64,000 bases of DNA from an uncultured Eubacteriales bacterium (GTDB taxonomy: Bacteria > Bacillota > Clostridia > RUG12999), in assembly GCA_964592375.1 (NCBI GenBank), contig CAZQDP010000005.1, positions 148 to 64,147 of the forward strand. Direction: 5' to 3'. Numbering within the stretch: position 1 is the first letter of the stretch; each line of letters opens with the position of its first letter. Positions 58,806-64,000 of the stretch are shown here, piece after piece. A program made the position numbers and the translations under genes. The notes under the pieces were generated by a model. That model worked only from the letters and a program-made list of their open reading frames with translations. It did no database searches and was not told the origin of the DNA.

Positions 58806-58842
58806 TATTATATAATATTATTTTTTAAAATACAATACAAAT
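58806..58842 (-). promoter_or_regulatory. Putative promoter for the methyltransferase-GH3-HD-GYP operon
   Basis: On the minus strand, TTGTAT - 17 bp - TATTAT(ATAAT) lies in an AT-rich divergent region. Confidence 0.25.
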
Positions 58843-59011
58843 TTCTACTAAAATATACAAAATAATTTTATGCATATTGCTATAAAAAACAGTAAAAATA
58901 CACATAAACACACGCGTTTTCGGGATGTAATCGCAATGGAATAGAATATAAACAATAGACATACCCCAAAAAAATAGGCCAATGACAGCATATTTTTATG
59001 AATTGTGAATG

Positions 59012-59040
59012 TTGACATATTTTGAAAAAAGAGATAAAAT
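59012..59040 (+). promoter_or_regulatory. Sigma-A-type promoter for typA
   Basis: TTGACA - 17 bp - TAAAAT lies ~85 nt upstream of ATG 59127. Confidence 0.45.
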
Positions 59041-59126
59041 AATATATATTGCCTCATTTGCAGCTCAAAATGCATCCGAGCAACGATTGAAAAGTGGTAA
59101 CTTGAAAGGAATGAAGGTTAATTATA

Positions 59127-60944
59127 ATGGATATCAGAAGCGAACTTAGAAACATAGCAATTATTGCCCATGTTGACCATGGCAAAACCACCCTGGTTGA
59201 TTCCATGTTTAAGCAAAGTGGGATTTTTCGGTCCAATGAACGCGTGCAGGAGAGGGCAATGGACTCCAACGACTTAGAGCGGGAAAGAGGAATTACTATT
59301 CTTTCCAAAAATACATCGGTACATTATAAGGACTATATTATCAATATTGTCGACACACCGGGTCATGCGGATTTCGGCGGTGAGGTTGAGCGTGTTTTGG
59401 GAATGGTAGATGGGGTATTGCTACTGGTGGATGCCTTTGAAGGCGCCATGCCGCAGACCAAATTTGTACTCAAAAAGGCGTTGGAGCTCAATCTTCAGCC
59501 CATTGTCGTTGTCAATAAGATTGACAGGCCCTTTGCACGGCCTCATGAGGTAGTGGACGAGGTTTTAGATTTGTTTATTGAACTAGAGGCAGAAGAGCAT
59601 CAGCTGGATTTTCCGGTGGTGTATGCATCCTCTAGAGAAGGCTATGCAGTGCTTGAAGTCGGAGATGCCAGCGAGGATCTGCAGCATCTTTTCGAAACCA
59701 TTGTGCAGCAGGTACCACCGCCGTCTGGCGAGTTTGATGGCCCCCTGCAAATGCTGGTGACCAATATTGACATGGATGAATACGTGGGTCGAATTGCGGT
59801 AGGGCGCATTGTAAACGGCCGCATGGAAGCGGATCAACCAGTATGTATCTGCAAGAAGGAAGGCAAAACGGAAACAGGAAAAATAAATAAGCTGTATAAG
59901 TTTGAAGGTCTGCGCCGTGCGGAAGCACAGTCCGCCTACATGGGCGATATCGTGTGCCTATCCGGCATTGCAAATATTACCATTGGAGAGACCATTTGCA
60001 ATGTGGATAATCCGAGACCCCTGCCCTTTGCAGACATTGACGAACCCACCATTAGCATGACATTTTGTGTAAACGACAGCCCGTTTTCGGGGCGTGAGGG
60101 CAAATTTGTTACCTCTCGGCATTTGAGAGACAGATTATTTAAAGAGATAGAAACCAATCTGAGCATGAGGGTGGAGGAAACCGATTCGGCTGATTCCTTT
60201 AAGGTTTCGGGCAGAGGCGAGTTGCACCTTTCCATATTGATTGAAACGATGCGGCGTCAGGGTTATGAATTTCAGGTTAGTCGTCCGCAGGTTATCTTTA
60301 AAAAAGTAGACGATGTGCTATGTGAGCCAATGGAGCATTTGATTATTGATGTGCCGGAGGAATATATGGGTGCCATCATGGAAAAGCTCGGTACTCGCAA
60401 GGTGGAAATGGTGGATATGCACAACAAAAGCCAAGGGTATACAAGGGTTGAATTTAAAATTCCTTCCAGAGGGCTCATTGGATATCATTCCGAATTTATG
60501 TCAGATACAAAGGGCAATGGGATTATGAATCATATCTTGCTTGGTTATGAGCCGTATAAGGGAGAGATCCCCGGTCGTACCAGAGGATCCATGGTCGCAT
60601 GGGAGGATGGGGATGCCAATGCATACGGAATTTTCAACGCACAAGACAGAGGAGTACTGTTCATTGAACCGGGGCTGAAGATATATCAGGGCATGATCGT
60701 GGGAATGAACTCCAAAGAAGATGATATTGTGCTGAATGTCTGTAAGAAAAAGCAGCTAACCAATACAAGAGCTTCCGGGTCCGATGAAAGTCTCAGGCTG
60801 ATCACACCCATTAGAATGAGTTTGGAGAACTGCCTTGAATTTATCGCAGAAGATGAACTGGTAGAAATTACGCCTAAAAGCATACGGCTAAGAAAAAAGA
60901 TTTTACACAACGAGATTCGCGCCAAAACAAAAACAAAGGCATAA
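59127..60944 (+). CDS. typA: Translational GTPase TypA/BipA
   Basis: The G-domain reads [17 protein letters not shown]...[12 protein letters not shown]...NKID. The protein is 605 aa. Confidence 0.9.
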   Translation: MDIRSELRNIAIIAHVDHGKTTLVDSMFKQSGIFRSNERVQERAMDSNDLERERGITILSKNTSVHYKDYIINIVDTPGHADFGGEVERVLGMVDGVLLLVDAFEGAMPQTKFVLKKALELNLQPIVVVNKIDRPFARPHEVVDEVLDLFIELEAEEHQLDFPVVYASSREGYAVLEVGDASEDLQHLFETIVQQVPPPSGEFDGPLQMLVTNIDMDEYVGRIAVGRIVNGRMEADQPVCICKKEGKTETGKINKLYKFEGLRRAEAQSAYMGDIVCLSGIANITIGETICNVDNPRPLPFADIDEPTISMTFCVNDSPFSGREGKFVTSRHLRDRLFKEIETNLSMRVEETDSADSFKVSGRGELHLSILIETMRRQGYEFQVSRPQVIFKKVDDVLCEPMEHLIIDVPEEYMGAIMEKLGTRKVEMVDMHNKSQGYTRVEFKIPSRGLIGYHSEFMSDTKGNGIMNHILLGYEPYKGEIPGRTRGSMVAWEDGDANAYGIFNAQDRGVLFIEPGLKIYQGMIVGMNSKEDDIVLNVCKKKQLTNTRASGSDESLRLITPIRMSLENCLEFIAEDELVEITPKSIRLRKKILHNEIRAKTKTKA

Positions 60945-61016
60945 TCATTTTCGGCATAAGTGAAGTGTAAGATTGGCGAGGAAGAACGCATCAATAAAGT
61001 ATAGTTTGTTGCCTGA

Positions 61017-61062
61017 CAACGACGTCGAAACGGATGATCGACGTTGTTTGTTGGGCAATACT
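61017..61062 (+). terminator. Terminator-like hairpin after typA
   Basis: CAACG(acg)TCGA-aacggatga-TCGACGTTG forms a 9-bp stem with a bulge. TTTGTTGG...CTTTTTTT follows. Confidence 0.3.
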
Positions 61063-61091
61063 TTTTTTAATTTGAGAAGGAGTGTGCAGAT

Positions 61092-62033
61092 ATGGAAGAG
61101 AGAAAAACAAAGTATGGCATAATAAGAGGCATCATCACCTTTGAGAATTATGCAAGTGGGGCTCTGAAAGAGTGCATGTTAAATGCCAAAAGCAGTATTC
61201 GCCTGCCCTGTGCAAACTTGGTTCCGTCCTACGAAAGAGAAGAAGCAAGAAAAAAACACATCCCCTCGCTCACCTTCTATGAATCAGGCAATCTGAGCAA
61301 TATTGCATTGCAAAAGCAAACAGAGATTAGCACGCCCATCGGAAAAATCCCGGCAGAGTTTATTACTTTTTATGAGAGCGGAAAGATAAAACGCGTCTTT
61401 CCTCAAAACGGGAAATTGTCCGGTTACTGGTCTGAAAAGAATGAATATGACCTAGCGCCAATTATTCGTTTAAAACTGCCTTGTGGACAAATTAATACGA
61501 AAATCATCGGCATTCTGTTCTATGAAAGTGGAGCGGTGAAAAGCGTTACACTTTGGCCTGCAGACTTTATCATGGTACATACGCCCTGTGGAGAGTTGCC
61601 ACTTCGCATTGGCATTGCATTTTATGAAAGCGGTGCCATCCGATCGGTTGAACCACGCAGGTCTGTCATTGTTGGCACTCCAATAGGGGAGCTGAGTGCA
61701 TTCGATACAGAGGCAATTGGTATTCATGCAGATATCAATTCGTTAGCATTTGATGAAGAAGGTGGTATAGCATCGCTCACGACATCGGTAAACACAGTTA
61801 CTGTGAGAGCGGATTGCGGCAAGGAAGTGGTATACCACCCAGGCACAGTAATGAGTCATTTTGCTGAGGATATGATGAGTATAACACCCTTGAAAATATC
61901 GTTCACCAAGGAGACAGTTTGTTTCAACAATAGTGCGGCGGATACATATCCCATTACTGGACACGAGTTTTTTATTGGAAAGTTCGATATCAATAAAGAG
62001 AAAATGTGCAATGAGTGCGAAAAGTGCTCATAA
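61092..62033 (+). CDS. Repeat protein with ~6 copies of an FYESG-containing ~23-aa unit (MORN-variant/YwqK-like repeats) and a Cys-rich C-terminus
   Basis: Repeats are TFYESGNLSNI, TFYESGKIKRVFP, ILFYESGAVKSVT and AFYESGAIRSVEP, each preceded by TP.G.lP. The C-terminus reads CNECEKCS. Confidence 0.45.
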   Translation: MEERKTKYGIIRGIITFENYASGALKECMLNAKSSIRLPCANLVPSYEREEARKKHIPSLTFYESGNLSNIALQKQTEISTPIGKIPAEFITFYESGKIKRVFPQNGKLSGYWSEKNEYDLAPIIRLKLPCGQINTKIIGILFYESGAVKSVTLWPADFIMVHTPCGELPLRIGIAFYESGAIRSVEPRRSVIVGTPIGELSAFDTEAIGIHADINSLAFDEEGGIASLTTSVNTVTVRADCGKEVVYHPGTVMSHFAEDMMSITPLKISFTKETVCFNNSAADTYPITGHEFFIGKFDINKEKMCNECEKCS

Positions 62034-62188
62034 AGAAAACCGTTACAATAAGTAAGAAAAAGCATTGCATATGATGCTGCTTTGTGATATAATTTTGTAT
62101 GCGCTAGTTGCAATAGGATTGTGATCATTCATGGCAACATATATGGAAGTAGTTACTGCAAAATATCTTTTTCGGGGGTAAATCACAT

Positions 62189-64000
62189 ATGCAAAATCGA
62201 GGCGTTATGGCGGACAAAGTTATTATTTCTTTGATCTATGCTTATCTATCCCTGCCAATTCTCATGCTCTTTTTCGGTTGGTTTCGGTGGTACGTGGCAC
62301 TGCCATGTGCGCTCATGCTCATGACGGGTCTTGTCATTTCCGTGAGGTCAGGTTTTGAATATGCCGCTCCTGCAAGCGATATTTTTTCGAAGTATAAATG
62401 GGCTATCGCCGTGGTTGCACTATTTTTATTGGTTTTAACCTCAGGGATTGGGGGCATATTTTATCAAAATTGGGATTTTCATTCGCGTAATGCCATTTTT
62501 CATGATTTAATAAATCTTCAGTGGCCTGTAAAGTACGATTATCAAGGGGATGTTGCGCTATCCGCCGCAATAGGCAAAATGGGCATGATGGATTATTATT
62601 TTGCATCTTGGCTACCCGCTGCCATGCTTGGCAAGGTGTTTGGGTGGGATGGAGCCAATATCAGCCAGCTGATTTGGACTTTTCTTGGCATACTCGGCGC
62701 ATTTTATCTCTATGTACGCAAAATAGGAAAAATCGGTTTATGGGCGATTTTCATTTTCATCTTTTGGAGCGGTCTAGATTACGTCGGGCAGATCATATTT
62801 CGAGTTAATTCCTACAGTAGTTTGCAATCTTTTATGAAAACATTGCCAACAGTGCACATGGAATGGTGGGCGAGCCATTTTCAATATTCCTCTTTTGTTA
62901 CACAGTTATTTTATGTATTCAACCAAGCTGTGCCCGCATGGCTTGTGACGTATCTTATTTTAAACCAGAAAAATCTCAAAGTGATTGTGTTCACTGCATT
63001 TTTACTTGTGCCATATGGACCTCTGCCCTTTATTGGCACTTCGCTACTGCTTACTTTTGCAGTGTTTTTTGGAATAGATAATTTGAACTTGCGCTTTGGA
63101 GCAAGGATTAGTATAAAAAAGGTTGCAGGCAATATTAAAAGTGTATTTACATATACAAACACGTTGCTTATACTGCCGATGCTGCCGCTTATGCAATTTT
63201 TTCTGATTAATCAAGGTGGACAGCCCAAAGGATTTATTACCGATAAGATACCAAAAGATTTTGAGGGATTGAAAAGCTTTCTTCTGCATTTGCTTTTATT
63301 TTGTTTTTTTGAATTTGGATTGGCAGCACTGCTTCTCAAAAAGTGGTGTAATAAAAAGTTGCTGGCATTTGTATGCATCGTATTAACACTCATTCCCCTC
63401 TATTATGTGGGATTATACAATGATTTTGTGATGCGTGCTTCCATACCGCTTTTGTGCATTTTGTCACTGATGACGGCGAGCGTGATGTCCGATTTGATGG
63501 GTAGCCTTCAATGGCGTAGGAAAAAAAGTGTAGTAGAGATAGAGTCGATACTCATGCCGGCGATGCCGCAAGGGGCGGGAAGTGAACCGGAGGAGAATTT
63601 GCAATCTTCTGTTGAGGAGATAGGGCAAGAGGAGTACATGGCGCAAGAGAGCCTGCATGTACCCGATCAATTATTGCAAGAAGGCGATGAATTATCGCAA
63701 CCAATATGTTGTGAAAAGCTGCAGGAAGAGCCTTTTATACAAGAGATGCAGAGCACCTCGGAAGAATGCATGCCGGAAATATGCGAAGAGGAACCAATGC
63801 CGGTGATAGTGTATAAAAAGAGTTATCGGATTGCACTTGCCTTGGGATTAGCGGCTTTTATCCTTGTTGCAGCGTTGACGGGCACCGCAGAAATACACCG
63901 TTCACTGGATAATTCCAAAGGCAAGCTATTTGTGGAAGATAAATTAGTTGCGGATGCATGGAAAACCTTTTTGACTTCAGAGGAGGAGGGGGACGGGCAA
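62189..64000 (+). CDS. Polytopic membrane protein with an acidic Cys-containing insertion, 3'-truncated by the window edge. It is not in the supplied ORF track because no stop codon occurs before the window end.
   Basis: Reading frame 2 by eye from ATG 62189 gives an open frame to position 64000 (~600 codons). The hydrophobic N-terminal ~430 aa has 10 or more predicted TM segments. It is followed by an E/Q-rich stretch (EPEENLQSSVEEIGQEE...CCEKLQEEP...ECMPEICEEEPMP) and another TM segment. Confidence 0.45.
   Translation, partial: MQNRGVMADKVIISLIYAYLSLPILMLFFGWFRWYVALPCALMLMTGLVISVRSGFEYAAPASDIFSKYKWAIAVVALFLLVLTSGIGGIFYQNWDFHSRNAIFHDLINLQWPVKYDYQGDVALSAAIGKMGMMDYYFASWLPAAMLGKVFGWDGANISQLIWTFLGILGAFYLYVRKIGKIGLWAIFIFIFWSGLDYVGQIIFRVNSYSSLQSFMKTLPTVHMEWWASHFQYSSFVTQLFYVFNQAVPAWLVTYLILNQKNLKVIVFTAFLLVPYGPLPFIGTSLLLTFAVFFGIDNLNLRFGARISIKKVAGNIKSVFTYTNTLLILPMLPLMQFFLINQGGQPKGFITDKIPKDFEGLKSFLLHLLLFCFFEFGLAALLLKKWCNKKLLAFVCIVLTLIPLYYVGLYNDFVMRASIPLLCILSLMTASVMSDLMGSLQWRRKKSVVEIESILMPAMPQGAGSEPEENLQSSVEEIGQEEYMAQESLHVPDQLLQEGDELSQPICCEKLQEEPFIQEMQSTSEECMPEICEEEPMPVIVYKKSYRIALALGLAAFILVAALTGTAEIHRSLDNSKGKLFVEDKLVADAWKTFLTSEEEGDGQ

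Noticed and set aside
1-64000. CRISPR arrays, tRNA/rRNA genes, transposases/integrases and restriction-modification or other defence genes
   Set aside because: Scanning by eye found no regularly spaced direct repeats with unique spacers, no tRNA-like cloverleaf sequences, no DDE/tyrosine-recombinase-like ORFs and no methyltransferase/nuclease pairs. The only repeats are coding PT/TAP linkers and domain duplications.

Overview
The 64 kb window looks like a low-GC Gram-positive (Firmicutes/Clostridia-type) chromosome segment. It carries both PolC and DnaE, CdaA-CdaR, RelA, RecJ, TsaB/TsaE, a PPi-type phosphofructokinase signature and several SLH-anchored surface proteins. About 47 protein genes are called and most are housekeeping: asnS, proS, fhs, ispD/ispF, carD, rpiB, recJ, relA, murC, dnaE, polC, typA, cdaA/cdaR and two ABC exporter half-transporters. 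No tRNA, rRNA, CRISPR array, transposase or integrase was recognised.

The accessory-looking content is:
- A cluster of SLH- or PT-linker-bearing surface proteins at 1-6287, with another at 40619-42592.
- An orphan larE-larB-larC nickel-pincer cofactor operon with no larA in the window.
- Two tandem paralogous secreted proteins (13681-17916) built from a repeated, uncharacterised ~190-aa beta-rich module, with ~85% identical intragenic DNA repeats.
- A translationally coupled three-gene operon (58690-53947, minus strand). It encodes an ICMT/PEMT-like membrane methyltransferase, a bacterial GH3-family (acyl-acid amido synthetase-like) protein, and a polytopic membrane GAF / degenerate-GGDEF / HD-GYP protein. 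I consider this operon the best candidate for a previously undescribed signalling or small-molecule system.

Smaller observations are a 660-bp ORF-free gap, a long edge ORF absent from the ORF track, a membrane protein co-transcribed with murC-dnaE, and DUF1015 upstream of cdaA-cdaR. All calls rest on reading motifs in the translations by eye. No database search was run.
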